64,000 bases of DNA, from positions 52,240 to 116,239 of the forward strand of contig DWWB01000005.1 of assembly GCA_019119955.1 (NCBI GenBank), in the 5' to 3' direction. Of this stretch, positions 39,801 through 48,116 are shown piece by piece. The stretch is from Candidatus Enterocloster excrementigallinarum (GTDB lineage: Bacteria > Bacillota > Clostridia > Lachnospirales > Lachnospiraceae). The translations under genes were made by a program, and so were the position numbers. The notes under the pieces are model-generated. The model was not told the DNA's origin. It was given only the letters and a program-made list of their open reading frames with translations, and searched no databases. Each line of letters starts with the position of its first letter. Within the stretch, counting starts at the first letter, position 1.

Positions 39801-41813
39801 TCACACATTCTCTCCCTCTCCGGGCAAATACCCATAAATTCCGCATACGTCAAATGCAATTGTATTCCTGGCCTGCAAATCTTTTTTCATATCTTCCCAC
39901 CGGTCAATGAGACAATTATGCACCTTCCCGCAGTACACCTCCCCGTCTTCCATGAGCCGCCTGACCTTGCCTTTATCCCTTCGGTCCTGGCAGCGCCCCA
40001 CATAACCTCTCCCATAGTGGAAGCTGCACCAGCGGAAATGTTCCTGAGCCGCCAGCACATCCAGAATCTCTCCCGCTTCCAGCTCCTGAAGGAACCGGTC
40101 CGTATCCCTCACATTTTTAAAAGTCTCCTCAACCGGCGGAAGCGGGGGAAGAATCTTTAAAAGTTCCTGCATATACGGCCTGTTTTTCACCTGGGCCCGG
40201 TTGGACTCCCTCTGCTCAAAATTCAGGCCATTCCACAATTCTTCCCGGTCCTCCCCTTCCGTCCCGGAGACCGCTCCCTCCATCCGGCGCTGAATCCGGC
40301 AGTAATTCCGGTGAAAATCCTTTGCCTCTTCCTCCGGACGGCTTCCGATTACGCCGCTCCGGTTCAGGATCCGCTTCCCGCTGCCAAAGTCCAGCAGGAC
40401 GCCTCGTCCCGCTCCGCCTCTTTCCTCCTGCTGCATCAAAAACCGAAGCACCGAGCCATTGCTCTGCATCCGCACGGCAATGGGAATTCTTTTTGGAAAT
40501 TCTGTCTCTTCTTCCTCCTTTCCGGAACCTGCAGTAAAATACCACCGCAGCTTTTCCGCAGCTTCCACCCCTGTGGCCTGATCAGAAAAGCATACGGCCG
40601 CGTAAGTAACCGGCGGCAGCATACGCAGCTTCCGCTCCACCTGTACACTGTCGATGGAGGCGGATATGTATTCCACCTGACAGATCTTATGAATTCTTGG
40701 ATACCGTGACTCAACCATCTCGCAGCACTTCTCTGCCTGCCGGTCAATGATAGTGATTCGCAGCCGCTCATACCCTTCTACCCTGGAACAAAAGCTCAGT
40801 GTTCCGCTCAAAAGAGCTTCCTCAAACACAGCTTGGCCGAAACGTCCGAATCCGGCAATCAGCAGGTGGGGATTCGGAATCTGCTCCATAATTTCTCTTG
40901 CCCCCGGGCTTTTCTCCTTCATCCAGTCTCTGACCCGTTCCAGGCAGTTTTTAAAAATCGGCTCTCTGAAAAACAACTCTTCCGCTGCCATCTGGGCCAT
41001 ACTAAAAAGCCTCAGCTCAAAAGGCTTGCGTCCCGGAAATTCATCGTAACAATTCTCCATCACACGTTTCAGAACCCGATTCTCACAGCGGACTGCCCAC
41101 CGGGCCTTCCTCTGTTGTTCAAATGCAGTCTCACCCCATTCTCCGGCCCGGTCCAGAATGTGCTTCAAAATCGTAAAGTTTCCGGGGGAATCCGCTTCAA
41201 AGAGAACCACCTCTCCAAAATTTTTCAGGCATTGCCTCGCAAAACTTTCATCTCCAGCCAGTTCTCCAGGCTCTAAAGGCGGTTTCACCAGAACCCGCTC
41301 CCTCTCCAGCTGAAGTTTCCTCTCCTGCTCCAGAATCTGCAGCGGCACCAGAACCGCCATCTGCTCCCGTTCTTTATCAAGACGCTTTTTCAAATTTTCT
41401 TCTCCCAAATTGGAAAGGAACTGAGCGCTCTCCTCATTATAGCCGATTACAAGGATCTGGTCCTTTCGCCTGAATCTCCTTGAAATCATCTCCATTCTCT
41501 GACGAAGCATGGCTTCCAGCGCCCTTAACAGCCAGTACCCTGTACAAAGAGGAGCCAGCCATTTGGCTATTTCATAGCATAGCGGCGTAGGTACGCCCAC
41601 ACTTACCGTAGGAGAAAAAGCATATAATTTTAATACGCTGAATAAAACGGTGGATAACAGACGGTCATAAACGACCTCTCCCGCATACTTCACTTGTGAA
41701 TAATACTGAAAACTGCCGGCCAGCGCAATAAGAAAACTCAGCGCCGTAAAAGACATCACCAGCAGGCTTTTATGACGTTTGATCCATCCAATGACCAGGT
41801 TTTGCTTTTTCAT
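39801..41813 (-). CDS. Channel-like membrane protein: 2 TM with pore-helix region, two TrkA-N/RCK Rossmann domains, C-terminal RyR domain
   Basis: TM1 LLVMSFTALSFLIALAGSF; TM2 YEIAKWLAPLCTGYWLL; QILVIGYNEES and HLLIAGFGRFGQAV Rossmann starts; QRESNRAQ...LAAQEHFRW...KVHNCL..W.D RyR-repeat signature. Start ATG 41813 after GGGGGT (alternatives 41840/41843). Confidence 0.7.
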   Translation of the reverse strand: MKKQNLVIGWIKRHKSLLVMSFTALSFLIALAGSFQYYSQVKYAGEVVYDRLLSTVLFSVLKLYAFSPTVSVGVPTPLCYEIAKWLAPLCTGYWLLRALEAMLRQRMEMISRRFRRKDQILVIGYNEESAQFLSNLGEENLKKRLDKEREQMAVLVPLQILEQERKLQLERERVLVKPPLEPGELAGDESFARQCLKNFGEVVLFEADSPGNFTILKHILDRAGEWGETAFEQQRKARWAVRCENRVLKRVMENCYDEFPGRKPFELRLFSMAQMAAEELFFREPIFKNCLERVRDWMKEKSPGAREIMEQIPNPHLLIAGFGRFGQAVFEEALLSGTLSFCSRVEGYERLRITIIDRQAEKCCEMVESRYPRIHKICQVEYISASIDSVQVERKLRMLPPVTYAAVCFSDQATGVEAAEKLRWYFTAGSGKEEEETEFPKRIPIAVRMQSNGSVLRFLMQQEERGGAGRGVLLDFGSGKRILNRSGVIGSRPEEEAKDFHRNYCRIQRRMEGAVSGTEGEDREELWNGLNFEQRESNRAQVKNRPYMQELLKILPPLPPVEETFKNVRDTDRFLQELEAGEILDVLAAQEHFRWCSFHYGRGYVGRCQDRRDKGKVRRLMEDGEVYCGKVHNCLIDRWEDMKKDLQARNTIAFDVCGIYGYLPGEGENV

Positions 41814-41839
41814 ATTTTCTACCCCCATCCTGGTTTTCA

Positions 41840-43705
41840 TCAATATGTCTTCTCCGTCATTTCCCGGATTTGAACCCTGGGTCCATCCCCCGGAATCGAA
41901 AGCTCCGTTTCCGTCAGATTGTTTCCATCCCCCGGCTTTTGCCTGAGGACGATTACCCGGTAGTCCGTTCCGGAAGGCAGGGACTCCTTAGCCTGGCTGT
42001 ATTCTTCATAATTATGGACCGGAAGGCCGTTAAGGGCAATGATCACATCGCCGATTTCATACTGCTCATGGCTCTCTTGTCCGGGCTCATAACCCACCAC
42101 CATAAGTCCATAGTCGATTCCCGTCTGTCCCACGCTCTCAATAAACCGGCGGGCTGCGGGCACATAAAGTTCCGCATACGCATCCTGCCCCCGGGCCTTT
42201 TCCCGATAGAAATCCAGGCAGTTCAAAGCCTCATCGTAAAGTCCAAGATTCAGGAAACGGAGCATTTTTCCCCAGAGCATTTCCATGTCATCGGATTCCT
42301 GAGGAGCAAATTTTTCTCTGGCCTCATTTAGCTTTTCTTCCAGCTGGGCCTGGGCCTCCTGAAGAGCGTCCTTCTCCTGTGTCAGCTGGCTGCTCTGGCC
42401 GCTGAGTTCATTCATCCTTTCCTCGGCCTCCTGCTGCAAAAGGCCGGACTCCATCAGTTCCTGAACCATCTGGGCCTTAGTTTCCATCAGCTTCATATTC
42501 TCCTCACCAATCTGTACCCTCACCTGGTCCATGCTGCGCTCTATGGCGTTCCAGCTGCTCTCCTCCCCGCTGGCCAAGGCCTCCCGGCTGTCGCTCCATG
42601 TGGAAGCTTCCAGGGGAATGTAGTAAAGCTGAGGCAGAAAATCATATTTAAAAGCCTCCAGAGACTCTTCTTTCTCAATCGGGAGCAGCAGATCATTAAT
42701 CCCGCAGGCAATGATCTGCAGCTCCTCCTCCAATATTTCTTCATAGCATTCCAGAACATTCTCCCGCACCTGCTGTTCCAGATAAGTGTCCGGGTCTGTT
42801 ATGTACTCCATAAAATAGATATTAGAAATGCAGCTTTGTCGAAACTCTTCCAGATAATCGTGAAGAGCCTGGGAATCCGCCAGTGAAAAAGGCGATTCCT
42901 CCAAACCGGTCCGCAGCTCCTCCGTCATGGAAACCGCCTCCGTATCCATCCCGTAAAGCAGCCTCCGGTTCCCCTCCAGCTGGCTTAAAAGCTCCTCCCT
43001 GCTGGCGGTATCCGGGTGGGCCAGATACTGGCTGCAGGCGTTGTAGGCCCCGTCCATATATTCCGCCGCCTGTTCCATCCGGAGCAGATTGGATTGAATG
43101 TAATAAATCAGGCTTCCGGTCAGATTCTCCTCCTTTTTGTTTGACGGATAAGCCCGGTCCTCCGTCAGACGGCCAAGACCGACGGCAGCCCCCGCTCCCA
43201 GGACAGCCATCAGGGCAAATGCCAGCAGAAGGTTTTTTCCCAAAGGGCGGAGGCCAATCCGACGGCCGATGGCCGGCTTTGACTTCAGAAACAGCCGCAG
43301 TTTTTCAATGAAGGCGTCAAAAAACTGATAGTTGGATTCCACCCCGTTTTTATAGCGCAGCGCGTCAATGGACTCGGGGAGCACCTGGGGAAAGGAAAAT
43401 CCCCTCAGCATCACCGGAATCACATTTTTCCCTGTCTCCAGAGCGTGTTCAATTTCCAGCCGGACCCAGTCGTCCTCGTTCCTGCAGCGGTCCAGCGCTC
43501 CCGGCGACAGGATCAGCAGAAAATCCTGGCATTCCTCAATTACTGTGTACAGCCTGGTATTAAAATCGCCGGAGCGCAGGGATTCCACATCGAAAAAGAC
43601 CTGATACCCCAGCTCCGAGAGCTTGTCCCGGAGGATTTTCGCCGTAGATTCCCCGCCGTCCCGGCGGTAAGAGATAAAAATATCGTATTTGGGCTGTTTT
43701 TTCAT
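41840..43705 (-). CDS. Membrane-anchored TIR protein (SARM1-like TIR, TM, helical/coiled-coil region, PDZ-like C-terminus)
   Basis: YDIFISYRRDGG...FFDVESLRSGDF...LSPGALDRC...DWVRLEIEHAL TIR with catalytic Glu84; TM LLLAFALMAVLGAGAAVGLG; GDVIIALNGLPV PDZ signature; GAGGGGAG RBS. Confidence 0.88.
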   Translation of the reverse strand: MKKQPKYDIFISYRRDGGESTAKILRDKLSELGYQVFFDVESLRSGDFNTRLYTVIEECQDFLLILSPGALDRCRNEDDWVRLEIEHALETGKNVIPVMLRGFSFPQVLPESIDALRYKNGVESNYQFFDAFIEKLRLFLKSKPAIGRRIGLRPLGKNLLLAFALMAVLGAGAAVGLGRLTEDRAYPSNKKEENLTGSLIYYIQSNLLRMEQAAEYMDGAYNACSQYLAHPDTASREELLSQLEGNRRLLYGMDTEAVSMTEELRTGLEESPFSLADSQALHDYLEEFRQSCISNIYFMEYITDPDTYLEQQVRENVLECYEEILEEELQIIACGINDLLLPIEKEESLEAFKYDFLPQLYYIPLEASTWSDSREALASGEESSWNAIERSMDQVRVQIGEENMKLMETKAQMVQELMESGLLQQEAEERMNELSGQSSQLTQEKDALQEAQAQLEEKLNEAREKFAPQESDDMEMLWGKMLRFLNLGLYDEALNCLDFYREKARGQDAYAELYVPAARRFIESVGQTGIDYGLMVVGYEPGQESHEQYEIGDVIIALNGLPVHNYEEYSQAKESLPSGTDYRVIVLRQKPGDGNNLTETELSIPGDGPRVQIREMTEKTY

Positions 43706-43735
43706 CCGCTCACTCCCCTCGTCCTTCTTAAGAGT

Positions 43736-43744
43736 ATTGTATCA
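43736..43744 (-). promoter_or_regulatory. Extended -10 element (TGATACAAT) between pilD and the TIR gene
   Basis: Minus strand TG-A-TACAAT about 30 nt before the TIR ATG; -35 weak. Confidence 0.45.
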
Positions 43745-43749
43745 GACTT

Positions 43750-44571
43750 TCAGGGAATTGAACAGGAAAAGACGCTCAGATACCACTGCAAAATCTGGTT
43801 TCCGAAAAAAGCAGCCAGACCGGCCCCTGCGCACAAAAATGGGCCAAAGGCAAAATGATCCTTTCTCCCCTTCCTTCCGGTCAAAATCAGAAAACCGCCG
43901 TAAATTCCGCCGGCCAGTACCGCAGCCATAAAGGAAACCAGACAGCGTCTCCAGCCTAAAAACAATCCGATTCCCGCCATCAGCTTCACATCCCCGCCGC
44001 CGAAGGCCCCTGGTATCATCAAAATCAGCAGAAACATGGGGAGACTGACAGAAACCATACCAAGGAGCCGTTCCTTTGCTATCCATTTTGTCAGCTCCCA
44101 TCCGTCCAAACGGGCAGCCAGCAGTCCGTCCTGAGCAAGAGCCAGAACCGCCAGCAGAAAAATAGCGCCGTTCAGGCCATCGGGAATCTCCATGGTATCC
44201 TGGTCAATCTGGGAAACGGCTGTCAAAAGCGCCAGGAACACCAGCATTACCCCGGCATTCCAAGATATTCCCCAAAATTTTGCGCACAACAGACTGCAAA
44301 AACCACCCCACAGCTCCGTCAGAGGGTAGCGCAGAGGAATTTTCTCCCCGCAGTACCGGCAGCGTCCTTTTAGCAGCAGCCAGCTGAACACCGGAATCAA
44401 GTCCCTCCAGTTTAGCGTCTGCCCACAAAAGAGGCAGCGGCTTCTGTCCGTGAAAAAATTCATGTCTCTTGGCAGACGCCAGACCAGAACATTGACGAAG
44501 GAGAAAAGACTGAGGCCTGCCGCTGTCCATAGGATAAGCAGGGCTCCGCTGCCCTCGGTATTCCCCAACAT
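43750..44571 (-). CDS. pilD: Type IV prepilin peptidase (A24A)
   Basis: FVNVLVWRLP, RSRCLFC, LIPVFSWLLLKGRCRYC, IDQDTMEIPD, GGGDVKL, FGPFL. Confidence 0.92.
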   Translation of the reverse strand: MLGNTEGSGALLILWTAAGLSLFSFVNVLVWRLPRDMNFFTDRSRCLFCGQTLNWRDLIPVFSWLLLKGRCRYCGEKIPLRYPLTELWGGFCSLLCAKFWGISWNAGVMLVFLALLTAVSQIDQDTMEIPDGLNGAIFLLAVLALAQDGLLAARLDGWELTKWIAKERLLGMVSVSLPMFLLILMIPGAFGGGDVKLMAGIGLFLGWRRCLVSFMAAVLAGGIYGGFLILTGRKGRKDHFAFGPFLCAGAGLAAFFGNQILQWYLSVFSCSIP

Positions 44572-44716
44572 TCTCCAATCCCCCCTTTGAGCCTCTAATT
44601 GGTTCTCATGGTATCACAGGACCAGAAAATATACAAGGCAGAAATCCCTTCTGGCCTTTCATGTGCTTTAGCAGCGGCAATTTTTCGAGGGCACGGGAAG
44701 TACCGGAAAATAATCC

Positions 44717-44746
44717 TTGCATCCCCCCCTCCCGATCTGATACAAT
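44717..44746 (+). promoter_or_regulatory. Promoter of the second Rpn gene
   Basis: TTGCAT-18-TACAAT with TGn extension; the spacer contains C7. Confidence 0.55.
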
Positions 44747-44800
44747 AACCTCATCAGCAGCATTCAGACTGCTTAAAAATTCAAAACTGCCTGGTTCTCC

Positions 44801-44848
44801 AGGTATCCTAAGCTGCGTTTCAGCGGCCAGAACACCCTTTACAGAAAC
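44801..44848. repeat. Imperfect 47-48-bp direct repeat, copy A
   Basis: AGGTATCCTAAGCTGC-gtttcagcg-GCCAGAA-ca-CCCTTT-a-CAGAAAC; matches 48355-48401. Confidence 0.8.
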
Positions 44849-44884
44849 GATTCAATTTAGTAAAATGAAGGAGGAAAAGAAGCA

Positions 44885-45949
44885 GTGGGAAAAGCAGATA
44901 CCGTCACGAAAAAGTACCTGCGGCAAAGCAGTGTATTCGCGGACATTTTTAACTTTTACCTGTATGGAGGAAGACAGGTGATCAGCCCGGGGCAGCTAAG
45001 GGAGCTGGACCCGGCAGAGTTTTCCGTACCCTATGGTGCGGACCAAAAGGGAGAGCCGGTGCAAAGGTACCGGGATTTATTTAAGGCCCTGTCGGCTATG
45101 GAGGACAAACGGGCGGCCTACCTGCTCCTTGGCATCGAGTCCCAGGAACAGGTTCACTATGCGGCCCCGGTGAAAAACCTGCTCTACGATGCATTGCAGT
45201 ATGCAAGGCAGGTAGAGGAAACTGCCAGAGTCCACCGGCAGAACAAGGATCATAAGGGGCGCAGCCGGGGAGAGTTCCTGTCCGGCTTCTACCGGGAAGA
45301 TAAGCTTCTGCCCGTCATCACTCTGGTGGTGTTCTTCTCGCCAAAGGAGTGGGACGGCCCCCGAAGCCTGCGGGAGATGATGGCCGCAGAAGACGCCATG
45401 ATCCGTTCTATGCTGCCGGAATACCGGATTCACCTGGTTTCCCCGGCCGAGCTGTCCAGGACAGATTTCGGGAAGTTCCACACATCTCTGGGAGATGTGC
45501 TGGGCTTTATCAAGTACTCCACCGACAAAGAAAACTTGATGGAATGGTTCCAGGGAGAACGGCAGGACGCAGTATTGGGCCAGAACGAAGTAGATGTGTT
45601 AAACACTTGTATCAACGCGGATTTAAAGATTCAGCCAAACGAGGAGGGAGTAACAATGTGTCAGGCGATTCTGGAATGGAAAGCAGATTTGAAAGAAGAT
45701 TTGAGGAAAGAGATGACTCCGATTCTGAGGGCAGAACTCCGGGAAACCGTAACAGAAGAAGTCACTCAGGAGGTGACCGAGCAGGTCACTCAACGGGTTA
45801 CGGAGCAGGTCACTCAGCAGGTTACGGAAAGTACCCAGCTCACCAGTCTGAGAAATTTAATGCGCAACCTGAAATTAACCGCAGAGCAGGCTGGCGCACT
45901 GCTGGAAATTTCCAAAGCGGATCTGGTACGGCTTATTCCAAAGATTTAG
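44885..45949 (+). CDS. Rpn family / YhgA-like PD-(D/E)XK nuclease (putative transposase)
   Basis: GTG start after AAGGAGG; VFADIFNFYLY, QRYRDL, LLLGIESQ..VHYAAPVKNLLYDALQY, LLPVITLVVFF..WDGPRSL. Confidence 0.82.
   Translation: MGKADTVTKKYLRQSSVFADIFNFYLYGGRQVISPGQLRELDPAEFSVPYGADQKGEPVQRYRDLFKALSAMEDKRAAYLLLGIESQEQVHYAAPVKNLLYDALQYARQVEETARVHRQNKDHKGRSRGEFLSGFYREDKLLPVITLVVFFSPKEWDGPRSLREMMAAEDAMIRSMLPEYRIHLVSPAELSRTDFGKFHTSLGDVLGFIKYSTDKENLMEWFQGERQDAVLGQNEVDVLNTCINADLKIQPNEEGVTMCQAILEWKADLKEDLRKEMTPILRAELRETVTEEVTQEVTEQVTQRVTEQVTQQVTESTQLTSLRNLMRNLKLTAEQAGALLEISKADLVRLIPKI
45749..45832 (+). repeat. Seven 12-bp tandem units (VTEE VTQE VTEQ VTQR VTEQ VTQQ VTES) in the Rpn C-terminus
   Basis: Units such as GTCACTCAGGAG, GTGACCGAGCAG, GTTACGGAGCAG. 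Confidence 0.85.
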
Positions 45950-46437
45950 AAGGGTAAGGAGCCGGCTTTGGAGTGTGAGGCATGAGTTATCAACATCAAC
46001 TGCGGCTTCAATATGAAAATCATGGAAAATATCCAAAACCGTATGAATATTCTTTCTTCATCTTCAAAATTCAGTGAGAAACCTCCCAGGGGAAGGCCGA
46101 TGGCGTAAAAAAGCCAGCGCATCGGAATACCCATAGGTGAGTTCCGGCAACTTTATGATTCGGTCCGGAAGAAATTTTCGACATCGCAGACAGCTGCCGA
46201 AGCAAAATCCATGATACAGGAGCAGTCCATGGAAACGCTGAAGCAGTATCATATTATAATCAGTCAGAAAAAGAGTTCCGTCAAATCCGGTGGGATGAGG
46301 CGGAACTCCTGCTGCTGTTATGGCACTTAGCGCCCATCTTTCGGGCGCTTATGTGCAATCGATACAAAGTACTTGGCAAGGTTCACTCGAGCTTGGTACT
46401 TCGTACTGTAGTTTGGTTATTATATGAAACGCTTGGA

Positions 46438-47190
46438 TTACCTCACCTGGGCATTTTTCATGTAAAGCGACTGCTGAGCCAAAAATCCTTCATCTTCACT
46501 GTACCAGTAGAGCTTGATATAATCCTGACCAGAGATATCCACGGTGATGTCCGTAGGAGAAGTCTTATAATCAAAGAGATAGGAATCCAGAAGGCTATCG
46601 TCATCCCCATATATTTCTAATTCGTACTCATACTCATCCCAGAATCCCTGCTGAGGTGCCGCCGTCAGGGAAAGGGTGTTATACTGCCCTCCCACATAAA
46701 ACTCTGCGTAAGCCCCGCTGCCCCATAATTCCAGCGCGTCCCCCCACAGGGCATTCTGTGAAGTGTGTACATTTTCCTTCTTATTATAACCGCGCTTCGC
46801 CACCGGCTCCATATCCGCCAAATTCACCGCCGGCACATTGCTTGCCTGCTGATTCTGCTGACTTCCGCTGTTATCCACAGGAGTTCCCGCCGTGCTTCTG
46901 GTCTGAATCGCGCCGTTCACAACCCAAGCTCCGTTTCCATCCACCTGATAACCGTCGGGAGTGATAGTATTCATCAGACAGTAGCCATACTGGTCAAAAT
47001 AATAGCACTCGGCGGTCCCATCGCCGTTGCCGTCGATCCACTGCCAGGAGCTGGCCGGCCATGTGCCGTTTCCATAATCATACCACCAGCCGGTGCTGTT
47101 CTGAACCCATCCCGCCGCGAATACGGTCACATTCATGGATAACGCAACCGCCGCTGTCAATAATCCACCAATCAGTTTCTTCTTCATCAT
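46438..47190 (-). CDS. Cell-wall-binding secreted protein with C-terminal NPCBM/NEW2-like beta domain
   Basis: GAGGAGG RBS; MMKKKLIGGLLTAAVALSMNVTVFAAGW signal peptide; WIDGNGDGTAECYYF..TPDGYQVDGNGAW; YGDDD..L......VDISG.DYIKL. Confidence 0.75.
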   Translation of the reverse strand: MMKKKLIGGLLTAAVALSMNVTVFAAGWVQNSTGWWYDYGNGTWPASSWQWIDGNGDGTAECYYFDQYGYCLMNTITPDGYQVDGNGAWVVNGAIQTRSTAGTPVDNSGSQQNQQASNVPAVNLADMEPVAKRGYNKKENVHTSQNALWGDALELWGSGAYAEFYVGGQYNTLSLTAAPQQGFWDEYEYELEIYGDDDSLLDSYLFDYKTSPTDITVDISGQDYIKLYWYSEDEGFLAQQSLYMKNAQVR

Positions 47191-47445
47191 CTTTTCCTCC
47201 TCATGATTTGAACTTTTATATTTTGATGCCCGGGCAATCACATGGATTTCCCGACAAAATATCTGTATCAGGAACAAATATGTTTTCCAAAATGATTCCA
47301 AAACAGAGAACATCATTCAATAAAGAGGCGTCTTCCTGTCCCATACGGAAGGCGGATTTTTACCGGCCGGAATCTTTCTTCCGGAACCGCCGGAAAGCTT
47401 TGGCAGCGTACCTCCGGCAGTTCCCGGACTCAACAGCAGGTTTGA

Positions 47446-48116
47446 TTATTTGAATTCCACATTCTTAAACATCAGCTCCGTCTTGGGGAAACCGACTAAC
47501 AGTCCCCATTCATCGCTGGTGGTCGCATAAATCTTTACGTAATCCTGCCCCGTGATATCAACGGACACTTCTTCCGGCTCACTTCTGTAGTCCAGATCAT
47601 CGGAGGAATACAGCTGTTCATCGTCATCACCGTATACTTCAAAGTATACTTCTCCGTAATCCGTAAATCCCTCTCCCCAAAGCTGTCCTCTGTTATTCTT
47701 TTCATTTTGAAACTTATTGTACGCTCTTGTGGAAACTGGTGTTAAATCTAAGGCACTGGTCCCAGGCGCACTGCTGTCCTGCTGGCTGCTGCCGCTGGTA
47801 TCCGCCGATGTACCCGCCGTACTTCTGGTCTGAATTGCCCCGTTCACAATCCAGGCGCCATTTCCGTCCACCTGATAGCCGTCGGGTGTTGTGGTATTCA
47901 TCAGACAATAGCCATACTGGTCAAAATAGTAGCACTCGGCAATTCCATCGTTGTTGCCGTCAATCCACTGCCAGGAGCTGGCCGGCCATGTGCCATTTCC
48001 GTTATCGTACCACCAGCCACTGTCGTTATTTATCCACCCCCCCCCCCGAAGACAGTTACGTTCATACCTACTACCATTGCTGCCGTAAGCAGCCCTCCAA
48101 TCAGTTTCTTCTTCAT
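47446..48116 (-). pseudogene. Paralog of 46438-47190 frameshifted at a G11 tract (phase-variable OFF state, pseudogene or sequencing error)
   Basis: AAGGAGG RBS, ATG 48116 MKKKLIGGLLTAAMVVGMNVTVF, then G11 (C-run 48037-48047) leads to TAA; G9 or G12 restores the frame to WINNDSGWWYD...WIDGNNDGIAECYYF. Confidence 0.85.

Noticed and set aside
44723-44729. C7 tract in the Rpn promoter spacer as a phase-variable switch
   Set aside because: Short for frequent slippage, and the extended -10 reduces dependence on spacer length.
45960-46430. Short ORF fragments between the second Rpn and the wall-protein gene
   Set aside because: Multiple stops and no recognisable motif; possibly a gene remnant but unsupported.
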